A stretch of DNA of 63,170 bases, the filler included, from Octopus bimaculoides (taxonomy: Eukaryota): assembly GCF_001194135.2 (NCBI RefSeq). It is 7 parts of 7 records of this genome, joined end to end, with 100 filler letters (N's around TTAATTAATTAA, not from the genome) between each part and the next. Parts side by side here need not be neighbours in the genome. Positions count along the whole stretch, not along the records: positions 11,237 to 26,716 come from NC_068985.1; positions 26,817 to 46,963 come from NC_068996.1; 5 more parts are not named here. One strand, written 5' to 3'. The translations under genes and the position numbers were made by a program. Every line of letters starts with the position of its first letter. The stretch's first letter is position 1. Of the stretch, positions 26,566 through 38,368 are shown piece after piece. A model generated the notes under the pieces. It worked only from the letters and a program-made list of their open reading frames with translations. It searched no databases and was not told the origin of the DNA.

Positions 26566-26618
26566 TTGGGGAAATTTCGAAACCTCGGTTCTCATTCCTA
26601 AGGTATTTTTCGATGTTG

Positions 26619-26619
<1 letters not shown>

Positions 26620-26716
<97 letters not shown>
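26620..26716. repeat. (ATT)n microsatellite
   Basis: Directly visible, runs into a gap. Confidence 0.97.
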
Positions 26717-26816
26717 NNNNNNNNNNNNNNNNNNNNNNNNNNNNNNNNNNNNNNNNNNNNTTAATTAATTAANNNNNNNNNNNNNNNNNNNNNNNNNNNN
26801 NNNNNNNNNNNNNNNN

Positions 26817-28363
26817 CTTTGACTGGTTCTTTTAGGCTTTGCCAAATTGACACATTTGCCAAAACACTTTTATACCCTCAGGTTCCGTCCTACAATGTGT
26901 GGTCAAAGAACACTTGGGTGCGTAGGAAGTCAGGTCAGGATGTTCAAGGACATCCCAGTGTCAAGTTTAACAGTTGTCTAGGAAGAGTGTACACCGTGCC
27001 TTCCCACCAGCATGAGTGTTTTCACCTTCACCTTCTCCTTCGTGACGTTGTCGGCCCACAAAGCTTTCAAGACATAAGAACTGTTGACAGTGAATTATGT
27101 GACACTTTCCGCAAAACTTGCTTCAGGCGCGGACTTTTGGAGGACGATTCACAATGGGCCGCCACTATGACGGAGGGCGTTTTGTTAAAATCCCCTAAAA
27201 GACTAAGATCGCTTTTCGCTATTCTACTCCTATGGTGCGACTTGGGTGATCCCGCCTCTTATGGCTGACCTACAAAAATTACATGTCTGAAGATTTCCTN
27301 NNNNNNNNNNNNNNNNNNNNNNNNNNNNNNNNNNNNNNNNNNNNNNNNNNNNNNNNNNNNNNNNNNNNNNNNNNNNNNNNNNNNNNNNNNNNNNNNNNNN
27401 NNNNNNNNNNNNNNNNNNNNNNNNNNNNNNNNNNNNNNNNNNNNNNNNNNNNNNNNNNNNNNNNNNNNNNNNNNNNNNNNNNNNNNNNNNNNNNNNNNNN
27501 NNNNNNNNNNNNNNNNNNNNNNNNNNNNNNNNNNNNNNNNNNNNNNNNNNNNNNNNNNNNNNNNNNNNNNNNNNNNNNNNNNNNNNNNNNNNNNNNNNNN
27601 NNNNNNNNNNNNNNNNNNNNNNNNNNNNNNNNNNNNNNNNNNNNNNNNNNNNNNNNNNNNNNNNNNNNNNNNNNNNNNNNNNNNNNNNNNNNNNNNNNNN
27701 NNNNNNNNNNNNNNNNNNNNNNNNNNNNNNNNNNNNNNNNNNNNNNNNNNNNNNNNNNNNNNNNNNNNNNNNNNNNNNNNNNNNNNNNNNNNNNNNNNNN
27801 NNNNNNNNNNNNNNNNNNNNNNNNNNNNNNNNNNNNNNNNNNNNNNNNNNNNNNNNNNNNNNNNNNNNNNNNNNNNNNNNNNNNNNNNNNNNNNNNNNNN
27901 NNNNNNNNNNNNNNNNNNNNNNNNNNNNNNNNNNNNTGTACAATGGCCCACAGAGGTGCTCTTGAGGCGCTACATAGATCTCTGAGAGACATCAAAGACT
28001 CTACAGTTCCCATGGGAGGCATAACACTTCTTCTTTCAGGGGACTTCAGGCAAACACTACCAGTTATTCCCAAGGGGAATAGAGCTGATACAGTACGGGC
28101 GTGTCTTAAGTAATCTGCATTGCTAAGACATTGTTACAATTGTGAGAACAATAAAACAGCTTTTTCAGGGCCACCTCACATTCTATTGTTACCCACTTCT
28201 CAGAGTGCTGCAATGCTCTAGGCAAGGCTTTCTGTCCAGTTGCAAATTGATTGGTTGGTTTTCAACTTATAGCAATCTTTCCCTCAATAATCATAATTGA
28301 GTAGAATCATCAACAGTACTTTAAAACAATTAAGCCCCGAGCAACGCCGGGCACTTCTGCTAG
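26817..28363 (+). mobile_element. Helitron (RepHel fragments plus canonical 3' terminus)
   Basis: 26819-27268: LGRVYTV..ECFHLHLLL..VGPQSFQDIRTV...TFRKTC..GLLEDDSQW..LRSLFAILL. 27936-28113: PIF1 helicase MAHRGALEALHRSLRDI..MGGITLLLSGDFRQTLPVIPKG. 3' hairpin CCCG..CGGG at 28336-28351, then CTAG|T at 28360-28364. Confidence 0.93.
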
Positions 28364-28831
28364 TCCGATATAAAACGGATTGGCGAGACTCAACACTTGA
28401 TTCCAAATAGTAAAACTTAGTTATCAATAACAGAGACCTATAAAAGAAGTAGCAGGACGCTATAAATAATCATAGTCTGTAACATTGGTCATCCTATTTA
28501 ACACTCCACCTCAGAGCTCTCGGATACGGTCAGTAGATTCCATAAATGGTCTGAGAATAGTATATCAATCTTGGTTTCTTTCTTTCCCGCATAACATTGG
28601 TTAGACTGTTCTTTTTCTTTGATAGCAGACTTCTGGTTTGGAGATATAAAGCTCTCTATTCCATCAATCTCAAAGACTCTTGAGAAAATGTCATGAGTGC
28701 TGGCTTTCTTCTACTGGTTAGACTGCAAAGGAAAAACAATCCCAAATTGATTGACATAGAAAAAGTCGGATCCTCGTACGTCGAAACCGACGCGAGAGTC
28801 CATCATATATATATATATATANNNNNNNNNN

Positions 28832-28915
28832 AGTAGAAAATACTTGCTCAAAGTGTCATGCAGTGGGGCTGAACATGGAACCATGTGGTTGAAAAGCAAG
28901 CTTCTTTATTTCATC
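28832..28915 (-). mobile_element. Family B SINE 5' fragment
   Basis: aagcttgcttttcaaccacatggttccatgttcagccccactgcatgacactttgagcaagtattttctact on the minus strand. Confidence 0.65.
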
Positions 28916-30269
28916 AAGATTGGCCATAAAGGCCTTATACAGAAAAAGAGAAGCTGCGGACTGGACATAGACATAATGTTATATGGAAAAAAAGTGATGA
29001 TTAGGGGTCTCGAACAGCAGCAATACAGTTGCATATTTGGGACCCCTAGCAATATGCCTTATCATCGGCATATATTCTGCCAGCTCTTCTTCTGTCTCTG
29101 ATCTGGAAAAGGGGATAATGGTGTCCAAGAACCTTGAATAAGTCCTCAGAACCACTGTCCTCTCTTTCAAATCTTTCACCCATTCTTTGGGTGGGTTGAT
29201 CTCCCACTCTAACATAATGTTATTATTATTATTTTTTCTTTCTATGTTCACAGTTAACTGTAGAAAAATTAAAACAAAAAAAACAAAACAAGAAAAACAG
29301 TTTAAAAAATGCACAGTTAAATGCCCACTGTCCTCTTGCTTATTCGAACTCCTGGCCAGTCCTGGTTAATCCGATATAGGTAATCCACAATATCCAAATA
29401 ATTTTTCCACAAAATCAGATATTTACTGTATAATTAACAGCAATCAGTACTTGAATGTCCATAAACAGAGACAAAAATCCTGTTACAAAAGACTTCAATA
29501 AAATATTTTCGTTAGAAAAAATTTCTGCGTTGCGGGATAGGCCCCCCCCACCCCCCAGGAACTTTTTAACAAAACCAACGCAACCAAAGGCGAACAAAAT
29601 TGCCCCGAGACCAGTGGAGATATATTACTAGTGANNNNNNNNNNNNNNNNNNNNNNNNNNNNNNNNNNNNNNNNNNNNNNNNNNNNNNNNNNNNNNNNNN
29701 NNNNNNNNNNNNNNNNNNNNNNNNNNNNNNNNNNNNNNNNNNNNNNNNNNNNNNNNNNNNNNNNNNNNNNNNNNNNNNNNNNNNNNNNNNNNNNNNNNNN
29801 NNNNNNNNNNNNNNNNNNNNNNNNNNNNNNNNNNNNNNNNNNNNNNNNNNNNNNNNNNNNNNNNNNNNNNNNNNNNNNNNNNNNNNNNNNNNNNNNNNNN
29901 NNNNNNNNNNNNNNNNNNNNNNNNNNNNNNNNNNNNNNNNNNNNNNNNNNNNNNNNNNNNNNNNNNNNNNNNNNNNNNNNNNNNNNNNNNNNNNNNNNNN
30001 NNNNNNNNNNNNNNNNNNNNNNNNNNNNNNNNNNNNNNNNNNNNNNNNNNNNNNNNNNNNNNNNNNNNNNNNNNNNNNNNNNNNNNNNNNNNNNNNNNNN
30101 NNNNNNNNNNNNNNNNNNNNNNNNNNNNNNNNNNNNNNNNNNNNNNNNNNNNNNNNNNNNNNNNNNNNNNNNNNNNNNNNNNNNNNNNNNNNNNNNNNNN
30201 NNNNNNNNNNNNNNNNNNNNNNNNNNNNNNNNNNNNNNNNNNATATATATATATATAAATAAATAACTT

Positions 30270-30412
30270 TTACCTTTTATCGTTTCAGTCATAACTTAGA
30301 CTGCGGCTATGCTGGGGCACCGCCTTGAAGAAGTTTTAGTCGAATGTATCGACAACAGTAGTTATTTTGGTGAACCGCTAAGTTATAACGACGTAAACAC
30401 ATTAACATCGGT
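30270..30412 (-). mobile_element. Family B SINE 3' fragment
   Basis: tttcagtcat..gactgcggctatgctggggcaccgcctt..gaaccgctaagttataacgacgtaaacac matches the family B 3' half. Confidence 0.7.
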
Positions 30413-31354
30413 ATGTGCATATGCATGCATGGATTATGTATGTATGTATGTATGTATGTATGTATGTGTGGTGTGTGTGTGTGAGTGTGTGTGTAAGTGT
30501 GTGTACAACAAAACAAAGATGGAAAACCCAAGAGTTTGTCACTAATCAAATTTCTGTTTTCATTGTAGATACAACAAAGAATTGTTAGCAAAAAAATTGT
30601 TACAAAAAAAAAATGTTGGTTTACGAAAGAGCTTCTACGTAGCCACTCCTTCCAGTCACATCGTACTGCGTTATATTATATACAAAATTATGTACATGTG
30701 AGCGAGCGTGTGTATACGTGTGTGTGTATGTGCGTTTGTGTGTATCTATATTTGTATATATGAATGTGCCAACGATGGAGACCTCTGCAAAGTAGTTTGA
30801 CCTGATAAAAATATTATTTCCATATCCTTCAAATCGCACGTTATTATTGTCTTATGTACGAATTTACGTGTTAGTTAGACCTGATATAAGTAGCAGCGAA
30901 AACTCCCTAAATTCACAAGATCCCTTCTAACGAGCTAATATAGTACTGTCTTCCTTGTAAATACGTATGAAAAAGTTGGGTTGGTCACAAATGGAATACA
31001 CTTGGTCATAGATCTGTTCCTCTACAGTAGATATAGAGCAACAAAGACAACACTATGATGGTTAGCACACATACACGTATACATCACACACACACACACA
31101 CACACGCACACACACATCACCCTATATCTGTGCTTCACAAGCTTTTTTTTAACTATTACCCCCCTTCTTTTACTAACGCTCTTACAACGCCCCATTCTCC
31201 TTGAGATTAAAAAAAAATTAATACACCATAAAAATAAATAAATAAAAGACTGATAACAGGTTTGATCGCAACTAAAGGAAACACTTGAACATAACACCAT
31301 TTCATCAAAATATGGATTTTCAAAACAACATTCTGACCAGTTGTATTGGTTTCT

Positions 31355-31495
31355 CACTTTGGCACAAGGTCAACAATTTCTGGGAATGGGGCGTGTCAAT
31401 TACGTCGACTCCAGTGTTCAACTGGTACTTATTTTATCGACCCCGGAAGGATGAAAGGCAAAGTCGACCTCACTGGAATTTGAACTCAGATTCAT
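31355..31495 (-). mobile_element. Family A SINE fragment
   Basis: ctggtacttattttatcgaccccggaaggatgaaaggcaaagtcgacctc..gaatttgaactcaga. Confidence 0.8.
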
Positions 31496-31780
31496 ACGCA
31501 CAATAAAAAAGAAATAATGTTTAGAATAATTTCGAAAAGGAGGGCAATTAAAAGACGCACTGTTTTGCCAATCCTACCGCATCCTTTGTCCCTAGTAGTC
31601 TTATAGCATTTTCCACCGACTCTGGGCCGCAATGCCGCTCACTTCGAGAAGCAATGTACAATATCAAATAGTATACAGAGAAACATCAGGTCAGACACTT
31701 CTCAGATTTTGCGTCTTTTATCTCGTTTTCCCGCTACCCCTCTCTCTTTATAAACACACACACATATAAGTATACATAAA

Positions 31781-32001
31781 TACGAGGAGGTGCTGAAAAC
31801 TTCCTTGCCTTAAGGGTATCGTGAAAAGCCTAGTTGAAGACCCGACCTTCCGAGTTCTTTTACAGGTCTTAGAAAAGCTGAAGGACTGCTGCAATAAGTG
31901 TGTGAGCTTGAGAGGGGAATACGTTGAATAAAAGCATAATTAACTGATCCTCCTGTATTTTCTTTTACTCAGAGCCAGGAACTTTTCAGCAGCCCTTCGT
32001 A
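31781..32001 (+). mobile_element. Mariner-derived MITE
   Basis: 28-bp TIRs including the TA (TACGAGGAGGTGCTGAAAACTTCCTTGC vs TACGAAGGGCTGCTGAAAAGTTCCTGGC, 23/28 identical). The interior encodes the mariner C-terminus CNKCVSLRGEYVE*. Confidence 0.88.
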
Positions 32002-32555
32002 TGTATTATATGCATATGTATGTCATATATGTAACATCTGCAGCCGGATGTCCTTCATGTCGCCAAGCCATATCCGTTTCCAAGCGTTTCCAGGTGTATA
32101 TATATACACTTTGGGTATGGTAGATGAGTTCAGCAAAAATTTAGATTCAGATGAATCAAGTACTTGAGTTGAGGCACCAACATTTAGTACGGTATTATCC
32201 GTACAATTTCAAAGTAAGGTGATTAAAATCAAAATAAGCCTTAGATATACAATGATTTGATAAAACTATTCTATAAATTAAAACCGACCCAATAAAAACA
32301 AATAAAATCAGTGACAGGCAGAGTCTTCTTGACTATGCTGAAGTGAAGACATGTTCTTTGTCTATCTCCTTAACTTCTTAGAGATTTTAGGTATAATTAT
32401 ACTAATGTGTCCATCTGTTCTAATTTAATTGAATTCTATGTCGTTGTGCAGCTGAGGATTGCTCTGCATTTTAAATTGATGTAATGACTGCATTGTTCAA
32501 TTAAATGGAGTTGCATGAAACGATCGTACTGCATTACTTCTGGATACCCTTATTA

Positions 32556-32958
32556 CTCTTTTACTCTTTTACTTGTTTCTGTCATTTGACTGCGGCCATG
32601 CTGGAGTATCGCCTTTAGTCGAGAAAATCAACCCCAGGACTTATTCTTTGTAAGCCTGGTACTTATTCCATCGGTCTCTTTTTGCCGAACCGCTAAGTTA
32701 CGGGCACTTAAACACACCAGCATCGGTTGTCAAGCGATTGTGGGGGGACAAACAGAGACACAAAAACATATACACACACATACATAAATATATACATGTA
32801 TACGACGGGTTTTCCGTCTACCAAATCCACTCACAAGGCTTTGGTCGGCCCGAGGCTATAGTAGAAGACACTTGCCCAAGGTGCCACGCAGTGGGACTGA
32901 ACCCGGAACCATGTGGTTGGTAAGCAAGCTACTTACCACACAGCCACTCTTACGCCTT
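32556..32958 (-). mobile_element. Full-length family B CORE-like SINE
   Basis: Head AGGCGTAAGAGTGGCTGTGTGG (A box), GGTTCAGTCCC (B box), CORE-like block and a (gagtaaaa)n tail. Confidence 0.9.
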
Positions 32959-32972
32959 ATTTTGATTATATA

Positions 32973-33013
<41 letters not shown>

Positions 33014-33569
33014 GCACACATACATGCATACATACATACATGCGTATGTGTATGTACGTTTATACATATATATATATAAATATATATAAATATGTATATA
33101 TGCATGTATCTACATATATATGCATGTATCTATATGCATTTGTATGTGTTTGATTATGTGTGAATATGCACATCCATGTAACACAGACACAAACGTATAC
33201 GCTACACGTAACACACATTTTTTTTAAAAACACGAGCACATAAATACACTTAATTAATATATCGTGGAAATATTTCTTTCTAATTATCTTATCGACTTGC
33301 AAGAGAGTATGACCAGTTAGATATAATTATAAAGAGAACTAATTTAACGTTCGCCTTAGCTTAACGAGGTTTGCTGCTAATTCAACGAATTTTTTCCAAT
33401 AACATATATGCTTATTTTGCTCTATTTCAAATGTAGGGAGTGTCTGTTGCATTCTTTACTTTATTTTTTTACATGGTGACAAGGTATTTTTTTAAGTTGT
33501 TATCTAATTTTAAATAGAATTTAGGGCTAATATACTTAATTCAAACTAAAATAGTTACGTAATGAGGGT

Positions 33570-33637
<68 letters not shown>

Positions 33638-34462
33638 NNNNNNNNNNNNNNNNNNNNNNNNNNNNNNNNNNNNNNNNNNNNNNNNNNNNNNNNNNNNNNN
33701 NNNNNNNNNNNNNNNNNNNNNNNNNNNNNNNNNNNNNNNNNNNNNNNNNNNNNNNNNNNNNNNNNNNNNNNNNNNNNNNNNNNNNNNNNNNNNNNNNNNN
33801 NNNNNNNNNNNNNNNNNNNNNNNNNNNNNNNNNNNNNNNNNNNNNNNNNNNNNNNNNNNNNNNNNNNNNNNNNNNNNNNNNNNNNNNNNNNNNNNNNNNN
33901 NNNNNNNNNNNNNNNNNNNNNNNNNNNNNNNNNNNNNNNNNNNNNNNNNNNNNNNNNNNNNNNNNNNNNNNNNNNNNNNNNNNNNNNNNNNNNNNNNNNN
34001 NNNNNNNNNNNNNNNNNNNNNNNNNNNNNNNNNNNNNNNNNNNNNNNNNNNNNNNNNNNNNNNNNNNNNNNNNNNNNNNNNNNNNNNNNNNNNNNNNNNN
34101 NNNNNNNNNNNNNNNNNNNNNNNNNNNNNNNNNNNNNNNNNNNNNNNNNNNNNNNNNNNNNNNNNNNNNNNNNNNNNNNNNNNNNNNNNNNNNNNNNNNN
34201 NNNNNNNNNNNNNNNNNNNNNNNNNNNNNNNNNNNNNNNNNNNNNNNNNNNNNNNNNNNNNNNNNNNNNNNNNNNNNNNNNNNNNNNNNNNNNNNNNNNN
34301 NNNNNNNNNNNNNNNNNNNNNNNNNNNNNNNNNNNNNNNNNNNNNNNNNNNNNNNNNNNNNNNNNNNNNNNNNNNNNNNNNNNNNNNNNNNNNNNNNNNN
34401 NNNNNNNNNNNNNNNNNNNNNNNNNNNNNNNNNNNNNNNNNNNNNNNNNNNNNNNNNNNNNN

Positions 34463-34995
34463 AAAAACTTACAGAATTGGTTCCTAGAGCAGTGGAAGAA
34501 TGTTAGTTTCTCGGACGAGTCATCCTTTATTTTATTTCCGACCACCGGCCGAGTATACGTGTGGAGACAGCCAAAAGAAGCATTTGACCCAGACTGCCTT
34601 CTTCCAACTGTTAAATATGGAGGAGGATCTGTGATGAACTGGGGTGCTATATCTTGGAAATCCGCCGGCCCAATGGTTTACCTTCATTGCAGAAATAATA
34701 GTCAAGACTATTTAAGCATTTTATCTGATCAAATTCATCCTAAAGTTGCGCAACTGTTTCCGGAGGGAAACGCAATCTTTCAAGATGATAATACATGAAT
34801 TCACACAGCTAAAGTTGTTACTGAATGGCACCAGGAACATTCTAGTGAAGTTGAACATCTTATCTGGCCACCACAGTCCCCAGATCTCAATATTATCGAA
34901 TATTTATGGTGCATTTTAGAAAAACAAATAAGGAGTCGATATCTTCCCCCATCATCACTACAAGAACTGGAGACTGTTTTAGCTGAAGAATGGAN
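34463..34995 (+). mobile_element. Tc1-like transposase catalytic domain, pseudogenised, with DD36E spacing
   Basis: FSDESSF..VWR..TVKYGGGSVM.WG..FQDDNT*IHTAKVVTEWHQEHSSEVEHLIWPPQSPDLNIIEYLW. One TGA at 34796-34798. Confidence 0.93.
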
Positions 34996-35045
34996 NNNNN
35001 NNNNTTTCAGATATCATCAGAAAAAGGTAATTAAAATTCATTAGA

Positions 35046-35685
35046 ATGACAGATGTGTCGGGGTTTCAAAGAGGTCAAATTGTTCGCGCTCGTATGGAAG
35101 GCGCTAGCGTAACGAAAACAGGCGTAATGTTTGGTGTATCAAGAAATACTGTCTCGAAAGTAATGACAGCCTTTGTGAAAGAGGGAGACAAAACCCCGGA
35201 AGAAAACCAAAACTTTCAGATAGGGACCGTCGGATTCTTACGGGGATTGTTAGAAAGGTTCACAAAAGTACAGCTCCCATAATTACTGCAGAGCTTAATG
35301 ACCACCTCGAGAATCCAGTTTCCACAAAAAATGTTCGCCGGGAGCTGCACAAAGCCAGATTTCACGTGAGGGCTGCAATCCGAAAACCGTTACTTTCAAA
35401 AACAAACGTTGCAAAGCGTTTAGAGTGGAGTAAAAACTTACAGAATTGGTTCCTAGAGCAGTGGAAGAATGTTAGTTTCTCGGACGAGTCATCCTTTATT
35501 TTATTTCCGACCACCGGCCGAGTATACGTGTGGAGACAGCCAAAAGAAGCATTTGACCCAGACTGCCTTCTTCCAACTGTTAAATATGGAGGAGGATCTG
35601 TGATGAACTGGGGTGCTATATCTTGGAAATCCGCCGGCCCAATGGTTTACCTTCATTGCAGAAATAATAGTCAAGACTATTTAAG
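35046..35685 (+). mobile_element. N-terminal part of the same Tc1-like transposase (paired-like HTH, GRKPK), frameshifted
   Basis: MTDVSGFQRGQIVRARMEGASV.. then frameshift to GRKPKLSDRDRR..VRAAIRKPLLSK..FSDESSF. 35432-35685 duplicates 34463-34716. Confidence 0.92.
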
Positions 35686-36287
35686 NNNNNNNNNNNNNNN
35701 NNNNNNNNNNNNNNNNNNNNNNNNNNNNNNNNNNNNNNNNNNNNNNNNNNNNNNNNNNNNNNNNNNNNNNNNNNNNNNNNNNNNNNNNNNNNNNNNNNNN
35801 NNNNNNNNNNNNNNNNNNNNNNNNNNNNNNNNNNNNNNNNNNNNNNNNNNNNNNNNNNNNNNNNNNNNNNNNNNNNNNNNNNNNNNNNNNNNNNNNNNNN
35901 NNNNNNNNNNNNNNNNNNNNNNNNNNNNNNNNNNNNNNNNNNNNNNNNNNNNNNNNNNNNNNNNNNNNNNNNNNNNNNNNNNNNNNNNNNNNNNNNNNNN
36001 NNNNNNNNNNNNNNNNNNNNNNNNNNNNNNNNNNNNNNNNNNNNNNNNNNNNNNNNNNNNNNNNNNNNNNNNNNNNNNNNNNNNNNNNNNNNNNNNNNNN
36101 NNNNNNNNNNNNNNNNNNNNNNNNNNNNNNNNNNNNNNNNNNNNNNNNNNNNNNNNNNNNNNNNNNNNNNNNNNNNNNNNNNNNNNNNNNNNNNNNNNNN
36201 NNNNNNNNNNNNNNNNNNNNNNNNNNNNNNNNNNNNNNNNNNNNNNNNNNNNNNNNNNNNNNNNNNNNNNNNNNNNNNNNNNNNNNN

Positions 36288-36374
<87 letters not shown>

Positions 36375-36741
36375 TGAGTGCAATGCATACACATACTTCT
36401 TTCAAGGCTTCCAAGACTGTAAGGAAGAAAAATAAAAGAGGGAGAGAGGAAAGGAGGAAAGGAAAAAGAGAGAATAAAGGGAGAGAGTGAGAGAGAGAGA
36501 GACTAAAGAAGAATGATAGAATAAAAGAGAGAAAGAAAGAGAAAATGAGAAAATAAAGGAAGTTACCTCAGACGACAGAACACCCGGTGTAAATGCTTAC
36601 AGCAGAACCAACATCATAAAACCAGCCAAAGGTTAAGAGATTAAATTATGGTGGTGATAGAGTAAGTTTTTCCACCTAACAACAACACGATTGATCCCTC
36701 TGACTAGTTTCTTCATGATAGTCACTGTCTATTTAATTTTA

Positions 36742-36860
36742 ACTCACAGGGCTTTGGTTAAGGAAGAGAACTCTTGATTAATGTGCCGCCTAGTGGAATT
36801 GAAACCGACACCATGTAATTACGAAGCAAACTTCTTAACAATAAAGTCATGCCTGCATCC
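36742..36860 (-). mobile_element. Degenerate family B SINE 5' part
   Basis: ctcacagggctttggtt..gtgccgcctagtggaattgaaacc..gaagcaaacttcttaac. Confidence 0.55.
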
Positions 36861-37309
36861 ATACCAACTACTTAAAAATTTGTAGTCGTAGATGTCTACA
36901 TTAGATCCTATCTATTATCTGCCACAGCGTATACAACTTCTCGGTTTTCGTTGTATTATTTTGAGCTGAGTATTATATTTCACGACATACACAGCACTAC
37001 GGCTTTTTATTTAATTATCTTTAAATTGAACATAGTTACCTGGTAAATTCAAAAAGAGATTTAGAATATTAGTAAGGGCACAGTCATCTGTACACGGTCA
37101 CTTCAGTGAACATTGTTATCTAGTAATCTAAAAAATTTTTTTTTAAATACGATTTTGCTATATTATTATGGACACAGTCGTTGGTCTATAGACGGTTGAA
37201 TTTTATTGGTATTCAATGGAAGGAAGAATCGATTAATTGGAAAGCAAAGTTGTTGATGTTTATATGTAGGTCTGCCTTGATATAGTAGATCTATGATCAG
37301 AATAATGTA

Positions 37310-37512
37310 GCTAAGCAGACGAAAAGAGCAACTCGCACTTCCTCGTTCCCCACCAACTTACCCCTGCGATGAATGCTTCGGGCTCTTCTACACCGCCTTT
37401 GGCCTGAACAGCCATCTCTGGCATCGGTACCCTTCGCACCCATCAGGATGGAGAGGTTCAATCACTCAATACAGATCTTCTACTCGGATGAGTTAAAGCC
37501 GGCGATGACGTG
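37310..37512 (+). mobile_element. RTE-like LINE 3' end with C-terminal C2H2-like finger
   Basis: RRKEQLALPRSPPTYPCDECFGLFYTAFGLNSHLWHR followed by a short 3' UTR ending ..gagttaaagccggcGATGAC. Confidence 0.5.
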
Positions 37513-37811
37513 TGTATCTTGGACTATACTTATCGTGGCATGAATTCTTATGCTTTCCTCGTTGAAGACGGTAGTTGTGATTTGAAAGATATAGCTGCTA
37601 TATCTAGCATGAATGACACCATGTATGGGCTTCTTGCAAAGTAAATGACAGTGATAAAGTAAATATCTCAAATTACAAATGCCTTTAGACCAGCAGTCAT
37701 GACGTCACTGGCGAAAAGAAAGGTCATTGTAAGAGGTCAACAAAGACCTACAGCGACTTGTAGACCATCGTGCAGGTCTGGTATAAGAGAGGATTATCGT
37801 GTTTGTGAGAA

Positions 37812-37874
37812 AATAAAGGGAGAGAAACAATAAAGGAGAGAAACAATAAAGGCGAGAAACAGTAAAGGAGAAAG

Positions 37875-37953
<79 letters not shown>

Positions 37954-38274
37954 GAGAGAGGGAGAGAGGAAAGGAAAAGAGAGAATAAAGGGAGAGAGAG
38001 AGAGACTAAAGAAGAATGATAGAATACAAGAGAGAAAGAAAGAGAACATGAGAAAATAAAGGAAGAAGAGTGAGAAGATAATGATGTGAGAAAAATGTTG
38101 GAAGGTAAAGAGAACGAATACATTTGGGAAAGAGTGAGAAAAGATGAGTAAAAGAGAAAAGGGAGAGAGACTGAGAGTGAGATAGACAGACAGATAGATA
38201 GAGATAGATAGATAGATAGATAGATAGAGAAAGGGATAGCTAGATAGAGAGAGGAAAAATAAATAGAAAGATAG

Positions 38275-38365
<91 letters not shown>
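37812..38365. repeat. Purine-rich low-complexity block: ~16-bp minisatellite (ataaaggagagaaaca), (GA)n, (GATA)n
   Basis: Directly visible. Confidence 0.9.

Positions 38366-38368
<3 letters not shown>

Noticed and set aside
34463-35685. Permuted Tc1 (C-terminal half before N-terminal half) suggesting a tandem or circular intermediate
   Set aside because: The 254-bp overlap (34463-34716 = 35432-35685) appears identical and both pieces abut gaps: most likely mis-ordered contigs of one element.
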